Assembly (NCBI RefSeq): GCF_030144855.1
Contig: NC_082713.1
Span: forward strand, 134,354,001-134,418,000
Source of the DNA: Hypanus sabinus
Taxonomy: Eukaryota
Length of the DNA: 64,000 bases
Direction: 5' to 3'
This document shows positions 1-13,894 of the stretch, in pieces; the stretch's first letter is position 1; the number at the start of each line of letters is the position of its first letter. Below the pieces are notes generated by a model. That model had not been told where the DNA came from, did not search any database, and saw only the letters and a program-made list of their open reading frames with translations. Made by a program: the position numbers and the translations under genes.

Positions 1-159
1 CTTTAAGCTCACAGGTTTTCCTTACCAAACTCTCTTTAAGTTTACCTGGTTCACAGTATAACATCTTTTAAAAAAGTCAAATTAAATGTGTTCTGTTATA
101 TTAATAGGGGTAATATCCAGTTGTCTAAACTGTACAATTGGATATTACTTGTACTTTAT

Positions 160-550
160 AGGAGTAAGAGAGCCATTTGCCAGAACTCCCCGCTTGCTCC
201 TTCTCTTCCTGTCACCTGCCTGTAACCTCCTTCTGGAGTTCTTACTCCCATGGTTCACTCTCCTCTCCTATCAGATTCCTTCTTCTTCAGCCCTTTATCT
301 TTTCCATCTATCACCTCCCAGCTTTTCACTTCATCCCCCCTCCCTCACCCACCCATCACCTGGCTTCCAATTGTTCTCCTTCCCACCCCCCCCCATTTCA
401 TATTCAGGTTTCTACCCCCTTCCTTTCCAGTCCTGATGAAGATTTTTGGCCCAAAACATTGACACTTTATTTCTGTCCATGGATGCTGCTGAGTTCCTCC
501 AGCATTATGTGTGTTACTCTGCATTTCCAGCATCTGCAGAATGTCTTGTG
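160..550 (+). mobile_element. Penelope-like 3'-terminal fragment / derived SINE-like repeat
   Basis: CT-rich tract followed by cagtcctgatgaag...aaaacattgac and gctgagttcctccagcatt; homologous to the reverse complement of 34421-34860. Confidence 0.7.
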
Positions 551-609
551 CAGCTGAAAAGTTACCAGTTTGGTACCGGATTTTCATAGTTTTACGGTAA
601 CATTTTTAT

Positions 610-970
610 CATAGTGTCATAGAACACAACAGCACAGAAACAGGCCCTTTGGCCCATCTAATCTGTGCTGAACTATTAATCTGCACAGAGCAGCTACCTG
701 CACCTGGACCATAGCCCTCCACATCCCTTCCATGTACTGAACCAAATTTCTCATAAATGTTGAAATCAGATCTACATCCAGCACTTCTGCTGGCAGCTTG
801 CTCCACACTCTCACCACCAGCTGAGTGAAGAAGCTCCCCATCATGTTCCTCTTAAACATTTCACCTTTCACCCTTTACCAATGACCTCTAGTTTTAGTTT
901 CACCCACCCGCAGTGGGGGTGGGGGGGGGGGAAGTCTGCTTGCATTTACCGTATCTATACCCCTCATAAT
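610..970 (-). mobile_element. CR1 LINE 3' fragment
   Basis: KGEMFKRNMMGSFFTQLVVRVW translation; tail gggccaaagggcctgtttctgtgctg. Confidence 0.75.
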
Positions 971-1444
971 TTTCAAGTTCCAGTTTGATTATCATTGAAC
1001 AATCCTGCACATGAATACAGCCAAATGAAACCATCCCTCCAGAGCCAAAGTGCAAAGTACAGTACCAACACAGTACAAGACATATATAGCACAAACAGGA
1101 GGGGCATGCCTCCAACCCAGCATGGAGGCTTTGCTACACCACCTCCGGCATCTCCCCTCCTTGTCTGCTGCACAGGCAAGCCTGGTCCTCACTACAACCA
1201 AGGCCACACAGCTTCCCTGCTATCTGTCGTGACAATAAACAAGGGAAATGGACATGCTGTATCTTACATTGTCAATGTCCAACAGTGTCTTGTGATCGCA
1301 AGAGATACATCAGAGACAATCATTCACTGTTAGGCCACACAACACCTTCTAACACCAACTCCGATGCCTTTCTGTAGTGGCCACTAACACAATCCACACC
1401 AAGTCTTCATCAGAGAGAGTGTCACGGCTGCAGAAAAGGAGGAA

Positions 1445-2672
1445 GTCATGGAGAGGTTGTCTACCGAGTCTCTGTGGGTGGAAGTTAGGAATAGAAAAGG
1501 GTCGATAAGTCTGCTGGGTGTTTTTTATAGACCACCCAATAGTAACAGGGACATCAAGGAGCAGATAGGGAGACAGATTCTGGAAAGGAGTAATAATTAC
1601 AGGGTTGTTGTGGTGGGACATTTTAATTTCCCAAATATTGATTGGCATCTCCCTTGAGTGAAGGGTTTAGATGGGGTGGAGTTTGTTAGTTGTGTTCAGG
1701 AAGGTTTCTTGACACAATATGTAGATTAGCCTACAAGAGGAGATGCCGTAGTTGATCTGGTATTGGGAAATGGACCTGGTCAGGTGTCAGGTCTCTCAGT
1801 GGGAGAGCATTTTGGAGATAGTGATCATAATGAGAATAGATTGAGTGAACTCGGCCTTTTCTCCTTGGAGCAATGGAGGATGAGAGGTGACCTGATAGAG
1901 TTGTACAAGATAATGAGAGGCATTGATTGTGTGGATAGTCAGAGGCTTTTCCCCAGGGCTGGAATGGCTGGCACGAGAGGGCATAGTTTTAAGGTGCTTG
2001 GAAGTAGGTACAGAGGAGATGTCAGGGGTAAGTTTTTTACACAGAGAGCAGTGACTGTGTGGAATGGACTGCCAGTGGCGGTCAGTGGTGGAGGTGGAAA
2101 TGATAGGGTCTTTTAACCCTGGCTACCTGTTCATATTCTATACCTTCATAGTATGGTCCGGGTCAATTTTCACCTGACCCAAGAATCCCCTCATAACAAG
2201 TGTCTATACCAAATTTTGAACCACAGATCTATTTAGATTGTATAAATAGTCTATCTGACATTAATAAATGGGTGATTAATCCTTAATTAATATTCCAGAG
2301 ATCTAAAATCCATTTCAATAGATATAGGTCAAATTTGACCCAGAACAGCCTCAACGTACAATAATTTGTAGCACCTGTACATTTTTAAATTATTTTCATT
2401 TTTGCTCATCTTGGGTCACTTTAGGAAAAGTCATCAAATTTCAGCTTTAAAAAAATGGCATTTAGGTTGATTTTACTGCTGTCAAATGTCAAAACGGGTC
2501 AAATTTGACCCAAACAGTATGTAAGGGTTAAGAGTCTCCTGGATGGCTACATGCAGCTTAGAAAAATAGAGGGCTATGGATAAAGCTTAGGCAGTTCTAA
2601 AATAAGGACATGTTCACCACAGCTTTGTGGGCCGAAGGGCCTGTATTGCGCTGTATGTTTTCTATGTTTCTA
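1445..2672 (+). mobile_element. CR1 LINE with a large internal deletion (endonuclease joined to the ORF2 C-terminus), interrupted by the piggyBac MITE
   Basis: APE motifs GVFYRPPNS, GHFNFPNIDW and GDSDHN are followed at once by [11 protein letters not shown]...RGDLIE...TRGHSFK; tail tttctatgtttcta. Confidence 0.85.
2117..2527. mobile_element. piggyBac-type non-autonomous DNA transposon (MITE), 411 bp
   Basis: TTAA TSD (2113-2116 / 2528-2531); CCCT...AGGG termini; repeated subterminal palindrome GGGTCAAATTTGACCC (~2160 degenerate, ~2327, ~2496). Removing it restores a contiguous CR1 3' end. Confidence 0.85.
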
Positions 2673-2811
2673 CAGCTCCACAGCTTGCTGATGGAGCAGA
2701 TGGGACAGTCCTTAATGTCCAGTATTGTCTTGCAACCATAAAAAAAAGACAAACAAAAAACACTTGTTGGTCCGGGAGAGGCTGCTGCATCTGAACACGC
2801 GGCGATCTTAC

Positions 2812-4140
2812 CAAAAATTGTGTATACCTTTATCAAATCTCCCCGCATTCACCTGCACCATAGGGAATAAAATCGTAACCTATTCAGCCCTATAACTCAG
2901 GTCCTCAAGTCCTGGCACCATCCTTGTAATTTTTTTCTGCACTTTTTAAGTATTGTTGATATCTTTCCAGAGGAAAGGTGACCAGATCTGCACACAGTAC
3001 TCCAAATTAGGTCTCACCAACTTCACAATAACATCCCAACTCCCATACCCAATACTTTGACTTCTGATTGCCACTGTGCCAAAAACACTCTTTATGACCC
3101 TATCTACCAGTGGCGCTACTTTCAAGGAATTATGGATCTGAATTCCCAGATCCCTCTTTTTTCTACCACGCTCCTCAGTGCCCTACCATGCACAATGTAA
3201 GTCCTACCCTGGTTTGTCCTCCCAAAGTGCACCATCTCTCACTTGTCTGCATTAAATTCCATCTGCCATTTTCAGCCCATTTTTTCCTCTGATCCAGATC
3301 ACATTACAAGCTTTGATAGCCTTCCTAGCTGTCCAGTACACTCCCAATCTTGATGCCATCTGCAAATTTGCTAATCCAGTTTACTACGTCATCATCTTGA
3401 TGATTGATATACTGTAGATGACAAACAGCAACAGACCCAGCACTGTTGTCTGCAGCATACCACTAGGCACAGGCCACCGGTCAGGGAGGCAACCATCTGC
3501 TACCACTCTCTGTCTTCTCCCACAAAGCCAATGTCTGATCCATTTTACTACCTCATCTTGAAAGCCAAGCGACTGGACCAGCCTCCCGCTTGGGACCTTG
3601 TCAATGGCCTTGCTGAAGTCCATGTAGACAACAACAACTTTCCTGGTAACTTCCTCAAAAAACTCTACTGAGGTCAATTAGACATGACCTACCACGCACA
3701 AGTCCATGTTGATTATCCCTTCTCGGTCTTCAATTATCCAAATACTTATATATCCAGTTCCTTAGAATACCTTCCAACAATTTATCCACTACTGATGTTA
3801 GGCTCACGAGCCTATAATTTCCCTGCTTATTCTTACAGCCTTTCTTGAACAATTGAACATTATCCATCATCCAATCCTCCTGCGACTCATGCATTGCTAA
3901 GGACATTTTAAATATCTTTGCCAGGGCCTCTGGATTTTCTGTACTAGCTTTCTACAAGGTCCAAAGGAACCCTTTTGTTGCCCCTGGGGATTTATCCAAC
4001 CTAATTTACCTCAGCACAGCAAACACCTCCTCCTCTGTATGGGGCCCATGACCTCACTGCTATTTTGCCACACTTCTATAGACTCTGTGTCCATCTCCCG
4101 AGTAAATACAGATGCAAAAAAAATTCATTTAAGATCTCCC
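2812..4140 (-). mobile_element. CR1 LINE RT fragment, degenerate
   Basis: VVYMDFSKAIDKVP, WIRHWLCGRRQRV and RGDLIKVY motifs. Confidence 0.8.
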
Positions 4141-4429
4141 TTGTCTCTTTCTTTTAAAATTCAAGCCTCTGTAGTAAAAGCAGTGACGTGTGCTGAGAGG
4201 CGATTTACTTTTCTTGTGTCTTGCCTGCTGGAGAACTGCCAAGAAGAGCAAAGATGCATCCTTTGTGCATTTTCCAGGTCAGTGAATCCTAATCAAAAGT
4301 GGAAACCTGGCTGACTTCCCTTTCAGTGAGATAGGAATACAGCTGCTGCAATAGAATATACATTGTGAAATAAACTCGTTCAAAGTAGTTTCAGCAATTA
4401 ATTAGGCACACATGTGTTTTTTTTCTTGT

Positions 4430-5080
4430 CAGCAAGATGTGATGCATAGGTGGCTGCAAGTGTGGAGGTCGCAACCTTTCACTATTCGTATTACGGATTT
4501 GGATGAGGGCAGCAGAGGTGTGCTTGCTAAATTTTCTGATGACAAAAAGGGAAGTAGGAAAGTAAGCTATGAAGAAGTCATAAGGTGGCTACAAAAGGAT
4601 ATAATTCGTTAAGTGTATGGGTAAACACCTCGTATCTGAGTCATACAGCAACCGGTTATGAAATTGTCCATTTGGCAGAAAGATTGGAAAGTGGCATGTG
4701 AATCTAATTGGTGAGCAATTACACATTTCCAAGATGCAGAGTGATCTGGGTGTCCTACTGCAGAGCTTTTCAAAAGGCTAATTTTCAGGTATAGGAAATA
4801 ATTGGGAGATCTAACTAAATGTTATTGCTTATTGCAAAGGGGAATAAACACAAAGGAGGTTATGCTATTAGCTATAAAGGGCGCAGGTGAGAGCTCAACT
4901 GTGGACAGTATTGATGTCATTTTTTAAAGGAAAGCTGTTAACATGCCAGAAATTCATTTCTAGAACATTTGGTGGTTGGTGACCTGAATAGGATGGAGAG
5001 AGGAGTGGGTTAGTCTTACGAGGAAAGATTGGACAGTTTGTGCCGATATTCATTGGAGCCTCGAAGACTGAGGGGTTTTA
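4430..5080 (+). mobile_element. Old CR1 LINE RT fragment
   Basis: DLDEG...AKFSDDKK...LQKDI motif remnants. Confidence 0.6.
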
Positions 5081-5134
5081 ACAGTGGGCATATGGAAGAT
5101 GATTGTTTGGCTAATTAGGTATTTGCAGTAAAAC

Positions 5135-6645
5135 CATAAAACATAGGATTAGTATTAGACCATTCAGCCCATCAGGTCTGTTCTGCCATTCCATCATGAC
5201 TGATTTATTATCCCACTCAACCCCATTCTCCATAACCTTTGACACCCTTATTAGTTAAGAGCCTATCAAACTCTGCTTTAAATATACCCATTGATTTGGT
5301 CGCCACAGCTGTCTGTGGCAGTGAATTTCACAGAATTACCACCCTCCGACTTAAGAAATTCCACCTGATCTCTGTTCTAAACGGACATCCCTCTAGTCTG
5401 AAGATATACAGACTGGTCCCACACTCTCCAACTATAGGAAACATCCTTTCAACATCCCATCTATGTAGGGCTTTGAATATTCAATAGGTTTCAATGAGAT
5501 TTCCCCTCTTTCTTCTAAACTCCAGTGAGTGTAGGCCTGGAGCCATCAACTGCTCTTCATATGTTAACCCTTTCATTCCCGGAATAATTCTCGTGAATCT
5601 CCTCTGGACCTTCTTCAAAGCCAGCACATCTTTTCTTTGATAAGGGGCCCAAGACTGCTCACGATACGTCACATGTGGTCTGACTAATGCATTATATGGC
5701 CTCAGCATTACATCCTTGCTTTTATATTCTCATCCTCTTGAAATAATTGTTAACATTGCATTTGCTTTCCTTACCATTGACTCAACGGGCAAATTAACTT
5801 GCAGGGAGTCCCTTTAATCCTCTGATTTTTGAATTTTCTCCCGGTTTAGAAAATAGTCTGCACCTTTATTCCTTCTACCAAAGTTCATGAGCATACACTC
5901 CACAAAACTTTATTCCATCTGCCACTTTTTTTGCCCATTCTCCTAATCTGTCTGATTTCTTCTATGGATGCCCTGTTTTCTCAACACTATCTGCCCCTAC
6001 TCCTATCTTTGTATTGTCCACAAAGCCATTAATTCTGTCATTCAAATCATTGACATATAACGTGAAAAGAAACTGTCCCAACACTGACCTCGTGGAATAG
6101 CCAAGCAGAAAAATCCCTCTTTATTCCCACTCTTTTCCTCCTGCCAGTCAGCCAATCTTCTATCCATGCTAGTACTTTCCTATAATATCATGGGTTCTTA
6201 CCTTGTTAAGCAGCTCATGTGCAGCACGTTGTCAAAGACCTCTGAAATTTCAAATAAACAATATCCACTAACTCTCCTTTGTCTATCCTGCCCATTACTT
6301 CCTCACAGAATTCCAACAGATCTGTCTGGCAAGATTTTCTCAAAGGAGACCATGCTGCCTTTGGCCTGTTTTATCATGTGACTCCAAGTACCCTGAAACC
6401 TCATCCTTTATAATGGACTCCAACATGGGAACTGCTGAAGTCAGGATAACTGGCCTATAATTTCCTTTCTTTTGTCTCCCTCCCTTCTTGAAGAGTGGAG
6501 TGACATTTGCAATTTTCCAGTCCTCGGGAACCATTCTAGAATCTAGTGATTCTTGAAAGAACATTTCCAAGGCTTCCACAATCTATTCAGCTACTTCTTT
6601 CAGAACTCTGGGGTGTAGTCCATCTGGCGCAGGTGACATCTACCT
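5135..6645 (-). mobile_element. CR1 LINE 3' portion, degenerate
   Basis: PEDWKIANVTPLFKKG...NYRPV, YNALVRPH and VQRRFTRIIPG motifs; 3' UTR hairpin and tail near 5135-5190. Confidence 0.85.
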
Positions 6646-6654
6646 TCCTAGAAG

Positions 6655-6687
6655 CAGGTGTACCTAATAAAATGGCCACTGAGAGTA
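6655..6687. mobile_element. Isolated Tc1/mariner-like terminal inverted repeat remnant
   Basis: CAGGTGTACCTAATAAAATGGCCACTGAGAGTA resembles fish Tc1-type ends terminating in TA. Recognised from memory; no partner TIR seen. Confidence 0.4.
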
Positions 6688-9600
6688 CAAAGTGGTATTA
6701 ATCAACTTGCGGCATAAACTGTGCAAGTGAGATTGAGAAACTACTATACATCTGTAACAAGTGAAAATCTATTTGTAGAATAGTTTTGAATGCATTACCA
6801 AATGGCTGTGCTAATGACGTTAAAATACCCATGTTAGGATTCAAGGGGCAAGTTGGGTTATCACAGGCCATTCTGGTATGAGGTATGTAATTACAACCTG
6901 TGATAGCTTTCAGCCAGATCAGTGCATGATTATTCTACAATGCAACAGAAACCTTTCTTCAAAAACATTTCACTGGATCTAAAGAGCTTGGGAGTATTCT
7001 GAAAGGGTCATGAAATGCATTATATGATCGCAGGTGTTTCTTCTATATTCCAGTTGCATAAATGTGTTGCAATGTAGGTTAATAACTGTGCCCCTCATTC
7101 CTGTCAGTCAAACAGCCAAGTAGAACCAAGTATAAGAGAGACCATTATCTGTCTGGCATTCATTCCCAACCCCTTTACATAAATTCTCTCATTTTGGCAT
7201 CTATTTTAATAACAAAACAATATACTTACCCTATCTTTTGTTCAGCAGAGCATAACAGTTTTTAAGTAAAGTGGTACTTCTTGATATTCAATTCCAAATT
7301 TAATTTATACCAATTTCCAGTTATGCACTCAAGTCTTTTTAAAAATGGTAATTGGTGTATATTTTGTTTAACTTACCTTTACCCCTGGGAGGTCTGCTCA
7401 GTACCAACTGAGTTCCTTCTGCATTGAAACTGATTACAGTCTTGCCTTACAATAATGCATGGTGTACTATCGTGTAGAACATTCTGTTTCATAGTTCATT
7501 CCTTTGTAAACTTTTTGTAGTGCTTCTGATAAAAAATATTGCCTATTATTCAAAGTTGAACACAATATATCCCATGAGGACTAATGTGTACTATAAGTCT
7601 CAGCAAATAGCAGACATTTCCATTTTACACTTATCTTTGAAATGTCATTGGATCGTAAAATTTAACACTTTTTCTTCTCCACAGATGCTAATAATTTTAA
7701 ACATTTTCTTCTCGCTTCCAATTTCGAGCGTCTGCAATATTTTGTTTTTCTTTGATCTTACAAATATGATAGAATATCAACTGAGGACTATCATCCATTT
7801 TCATTTGAAAATTGCTTTGTTAAAGTATCTTGACATTGTAAGCGACCATTAAGGAAAACAAAAGAATGGAGCCTCATAGGCCATAGCTAATCAGACATGC
7901 ACTCAAATATAAAATAGCCTGTTAACCTTCAGTGATAGAGGTCTTCTGTCTGAATTCACTAGCTCTTCATTGAAGTGAATGTCAATAAACTAAACAAATA
8001 AACTCAAAAGCAGAAAATCCCAATGTTGCTTAAATGTTTAATCAAAGTCAGGTGAAGCATTGAATGCTGTCATGTGCCCATGCAGTGGGTTCTGGGTATG
8101 CATTATTTCTTCAGAAGAAGCATTTGAAAGGGATGATGTGGTGGAATTTTGTTAAAAGTAAAAATGCAGCATTTGATGTCAACATAAATACTGGCTTCAT
8201 AAATATGTATTGTAACTGAAGTAACCTTGGTTCTTTGTGGCGGTGGTTCCCACTCCTGGGGCTCACTGAGCAGACATTTCTCAATATCTGAAGGACGTGG
8301 CCTAGAAGATGAGTGCACCTTTGGGGTTCCCAGGCTTCACAGCCCTGGGGACGAGCCGATTCTGTGCCGGTGCCACTGACTCACGGAAGAAAACGGAACA
8401 TCGGAAACAGTGGATCAGCTGTTGGGGTCTCTGTACCCAGATCTCACTCCCTCTTTCTCTTGTTGGTGGGGGGGGGGGGAGTTTGTTGCTGGTCCTCAAG
8501 TCAGAGGACTCGGGGGAGAAAAAGCGGCGCGACAGACTTTAACTCCATAAATTGCCGAGTGAAACCTCTCTGTCCCTTTACTGGGGAGGGAGAGAGCTTG
8601 TACTTTATCAATTTTTCAGATGGACCGTCAGTTTTTTGTTATACTGCAGATTGTGATTTTTCCTGGGGCTTTGCTGTAGCATGCTTTGTGGGTGGAGAGT
8701 GCTGATGCTTTTTGCTGAAATAAGTGGGGAGGGGCAGGATCGATGCTTTCCTGCTGCTTGTGCGTGGGGGTGCTTTGGGGTTCTAAGGTTTTTTATTTAC
8801 AATCATGCACACTGTGGGGTACTCTTCTGTTTCAGTGGATGTCTGTGAAAAAACAAGTATTTCAGGCTGCATATTGTATACATTCTCTGATAAATGGAAC
8901 TGCTGAACTATTGGTAATGAAAGGTAGTACAAAACTTTAAGAGTTGAAGCATAGAGTCCGTCTTTAATGGTAATATAAATTATAATCATTACATTTCTGT
9001 GCATGAAATTTCTCATTAATAATTTGAGCAGAAGTGTTGAGGGTGTGCTTCCTATCTGTGCCATCCCTTCCTTTCGGTTAGCTTCTATTTTATCTTTCAC
9101 TGTTCAAGAGATTTTTAACAATGTGAGTTTGGTGAGAAGTTGAGAATTTCTGGTCAATGATTTTGTGGCAGGGGAATATGTCTCAATTTAAATTCCATGC
9201 TGAAAATTATGACTTCCATTTGTTACACCATTTGTGATGAGAGGCAGTGGATCGTCAAAGGAAATCCATACCAACAGAGTTAGATGTTTAGACTCCCCTT
9301 ACCCTCGTTAAGAACAGCATGGCGGTACATCTCATTGAGCTTCTCCTTCGTGGCTCCAGTAACCCTGACTCCAGCTGCCATATTGTGGTGTAGGAGGTTC
9401 GCGTTCTGCCTGTGACTACATGGCTTTCTTCCCAAGTCCCAAAATGTGTGGGGTTGGGAGATGAATTAGCTGCTGTAAGTTGCCCCTTTTGTGTAAGGGG
9501 GTGGTTGAATCTGGTGAGAGTTGAATGTGTTTGGGTAGGATTAGTACATAAATTTGTGCATGATTTTCTTTTATCACTCTATAACTCTTGCTTTCTCAAA

Positions 9601-10899
9601 GCATCACAATCTTTTGGGGGGATTTTTTTGCCTCAGAGGGCTGCAGATTCTGAAAAATTTAGGATATATATTCTGAGATAGATACTGTATCAATGTCAAG
9701 GATTGTGGGATCAGGCAAAGAAGTGAATTGACAGCCAAAGATCAGATCGTTCTGAAGAATTTTTGACATGAAACATTAACTTTTTCTCTTTCCACGGGTG
9801 CTGCCAGACCTGCTGAATAGCTCCTGCATTTTCTGTTTTTATTTCAGCTTAATATTATTTGTGATTTTTAACATTCATCGCATAGAGCATCCTCATTCAA
9901 GGAAAGTATTTGCAAGAGAGTGACAATGTAGTATTTGTAATTTATTTATCTGGTACCACACTCATTTATTCAACATCTGTAGTCAGTCCAATGTATCTAA
10001 TATTCAAAGGATTTGCCAGCATCAGTAGGTCAGTTTATTTCGATTAAGTGCGAAGCACATCTCACTGCTTTCTGTCATTATGGCAGCCTAATACTTCACA
10101 CTAGACTTTTTAAGCATTTGAAGCATCATTAACAGTAATGCTACAATTTCTGCTGATGGAAATATTGTCATTTAGAGACAATCTGATTGAAAAGCAATAC
10201 CATTACTACCCTCATCACTGTTGAAGAATTTTCATTGCCTGTGTGTTGAATTAACAATCTAGGTAGTGAAAGGATATTTGAAGATGAGTAGGATTACCCT
10301 AATGGCTCTCAATACCATCATGTTCCCGTAAAGATTGCCAACATCCATTTGTTACAAGTCTTTCCGTCTCACCTTTCGTGGGAAAACTAAATGAAATAAG
10401 TATTTATGTAAATATACTTATCCAAATTTGCTTTATTATCGAAGAGCACTCTTAAGGATAGTTTTAACAATAAGAGTGATAAATTAGCAAAGGTCAATCT
10501 GTTGTATTAGCCAGTCTCTGTTGCTTTCCCATTTTGCACAAGATGGGAGTGTCTTCAATGGTATTGATTAACTATCTCCACCTTGTGCTGTGAACATGTA
10601 TAGTAAGGCCTGTGTTCATTAGCCCTTGGCAATTGACCTTGAAATGGCAACAAGGGGCCTTTTTGAGCTCCTGCCACTCTTGTGAGATACTCCAACAATA
10701 CTGTTGGGTACTGAGTACCAAGTTGTTGACGAGCAACAATAAGAGAGCAGCTAGCAGCGCATAAGCGGGCCATGAAGGCTTAAGACTGAAAGGGGAATCT
10801 GAAGATTTAGATGATACTCATGCACCTGATGTTTAACTGAGCACAGTCCTTCAGCTCAACATGTCCAAGTTCTGTTTATCATAATCCCCTTTTCCATTA

Positions 10900-11270
10900 C
10901 TAACCCTCTAGAAGGTAGCAAGTGATTCTTAAATGTTGCAAGGGTGTCTGCCTCTCTGACAGTGCATCGTGGATTCCAACCGCCCTGCAGATGAGAAAAT
11001 TCTTCCTCAGAACTCTTCTGAATATCCTAGTTCTCACCTTAATTCCATGTCCTTTGGTTATGGGCAGGTCTATTAAGGAGAGAGTAAAGATTTCACCATC
11101 TACCCTATCTGAGCCACTCATAATTGTGTATACTATAGTCAACTTTCTGGAAGCATCAAGGAAAGCAAACACAGCATATCCTAGCATCTACAACACACCA
11201 TTCCAGGTATCACCCTGGTAAATTTCCTCTTGCATCCTCTCCAGAGAAAGCAAGTCTTTCCTATAGCATG
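10900..11270 (-). mobile_element. Old CR1 3' fragment
   Basis: TKGHGIKVR...FRRVLRKNF translation. Confidence 0.6.
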
Positions 11271-13894
11271 TATTTCCAAACACTGGAAGTTATGGCATTG
11301 AAAAATACTGTTTAAAAATTTCTTGGCAAGTTGATACATGGCAAAGGCAAAGTGTAGCAATAATAGAGAAAGTGACTACTTCGGGCTGTGAATGTTCTCA
11401 TTAAAGAGCATTTCAAGTTAATGCTTGCAGTGTCTTAAAGCACGTTTACTATTACAGAACAATGATATAAAATGCAGATATTTGAGACTAAATAAATGGT
11501 TTGGAAAGGTGCGATAATTGCTTCTGAATAGATGACAAAGAATGAAGTATTTTAGAATGACTTAGAGTGGCAGGCCTACATCAATCACACTTGAAGCAGA
11601 TCTGGTCTTGGTTTCCAGAATATTTTTATTTAATGAGGGCATTGCATTTATGTCAATGAAAATTGACTTCAAACTCACAGTGCAAAATTAGATGATCTCA
11701 GCTAGCTCATCAGAGCATAATTCTGTTTTAATACCAGGAGTAAAACTGGAATAATCTCTTGATTTTAAATGAATTGTGATAAGAGTATTTAGAAAGAAGA
11801 ATTCACCGATGTGCACCATTCTTGACACATTGTCAGACTCCATGTTGGAGACATGCAAAAACTTTAGGTGGACAGTTCTATTTAGTACTAAGATAAAACT
11901 GCATTGGTGTGTCTAAATCATGGGTTCATGGCCTTTTTTTTAATGCCAAGGACCCATACCATTAATGAGGGGTGCATGGTCTCCAGGTTGGGAATCTGTG
12001 ATCTAAATGATGCCGGTTTTAGGCTCACTATTAAACCAAAACCCTCAGAGGTAAAAAAAAAAGTGCTCTGATAACATTACTCAAAGACTTCTCTTGATTC
12101 TCCACCCGTATTAATTTTATAAACTTAAGCAGAAGAAACAGATTATCGACTTGCTACCACAGTGCACCTTCAAGAATCAATTGTTCTGCCAAAATTGACG
12201 GATACATTTCTTCCATCTACAAAAGTATAATACTTTCTTGATCCTGAAGCACTTTTGACTAACCTAAGGTTATAGGTATAGGTTATTATTTTATAAAATA
12301 TTCTGACAATACAAATTTACTTCCATTTTTTAGATCTACTTAAGAGTATATGGTTTATAATTCATATTGAGGTCACAATATGTAATAAAAGTATCAAAAC
12401 ATGTTAACAATTATTAGTCCAAGAAATTACACCCACTTTTATGATAATTATAAATAGGAGTTGGTTGGTTCAGAATTTCAAATGAAGGATTACTGACCGG
12501 GGATGTTACATCTGTTTCTCTGCAGATGCTGCCTGACCTATTGTGTTCTTCCAGCCATTTGCTTCCTTTTTCAGATTGCTAGCATGTTGTAATTTTGGAA
12601 TTTCAAATTAGTTAGTAATTCAATTAAGATAACAAAGGTAATTTAATTATTTCAAGATCCCTGGAAACCATAAACGACTTCTCACTTCTCCAGTGCTGAC
12701 AAAGGAACATTGACCTGAAACATTAACTGTGTTTCTCACTCCACAAATGCTGCCTGACCTGCAGAGTGTTTCTGTAACTTCTGCTTGTCTTCCAATTTCA
12801 GTTCCTGATTGTAATTTCATCATTTAATTTCCAGATATAGTATCATCTACTTCTTTGTAAGTTGCCCTCATAATTTCAGATCTGTTCACCTAGATAGCCC
12901 CAAAGTTGCTTACAGTAGTTCATAACAAGGAGTATGAGAGATACTATGGAGGTTACTAACTACCAAAATGAACAAACATGATGCATATTGATCACCAGTA
13001 AATTAGAATGTGCTTAGAGTACCAGCTAACAGAGTTTGTTGGGACTAAAAATCATCACAGATCAGTAATTTTATCAGCCAGCAAAAAATGTTATGATTTA
13101 CCATCCTACAGTAAGTACCAGGCGTACCAGCAAACAAAATACATCACCAGCACAATAGTGCACCATTTTCCCTTCGGGGGGCCATCTTAGAAAGGATTCT
13201 TAGAAGACAACAGAACTCAATGCTTCAGAACAGCTTCCCAAAAAAATCTTTGTTGCTATGGTCAGACGTTTTCAGTCCAACCCAGCCCCTTACATGATTT
13301 CCTGTCATCCCTGAGAGATCCCTAAATCTCTCTGAAAATCCAAACCTCTCAGTAATCGTTTCTATATATTTTTTTCTTCCATTTCTTTTTCCAGAGTAAA
13401 TGATGTTAAATTTTCCTGTAGATTTTCCTGTACTCCAATCTCCTCCCACATCCTAAAGATGTGCAGATTAGTAGCAGGTCACTGCCCAATGATATTTGCC
13501 ACTAATGCATAATTTTTTTATAAGTTTCTACACTAGAACAGAAACTTATACATAATTGAGTGATGGAATTTGGAATATTGAGCATTTGGGTTCAATTTTT
13601 TAAAAAGACTAATGTAGGGTCAAGTGAAAATAGATGGTTGGCATGGACTTTGGGCCAAAGGGCTTGTTTCTCTGCTCTGTCTTTGATTCTAAGTCCATGT
13701 CTCCCTCTTTCCAATCATCCAGCTGTTCCCATCGCTTTCACACTCTTCTCACCTCCTATTTCCATCCATTTATATTTCATTAGCACTCTCATGGTGTAAG
13801 TTCCTGAAATTTAGAATCCTTCTGACAAGTATTTTTATAAAAAGAGAAAACAGTGGAAAATGGAAGTAATATGTTAATTGTATTAGTACAGTCT

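Noticed and set aside
8220-8910. GC-richer block with several overlapping ORFs
   Set aside because: No protein motifs; it ends in a tail typical of local SINE/LINE repeats. Probably an unclassified interspersed repeat rather than an exon.
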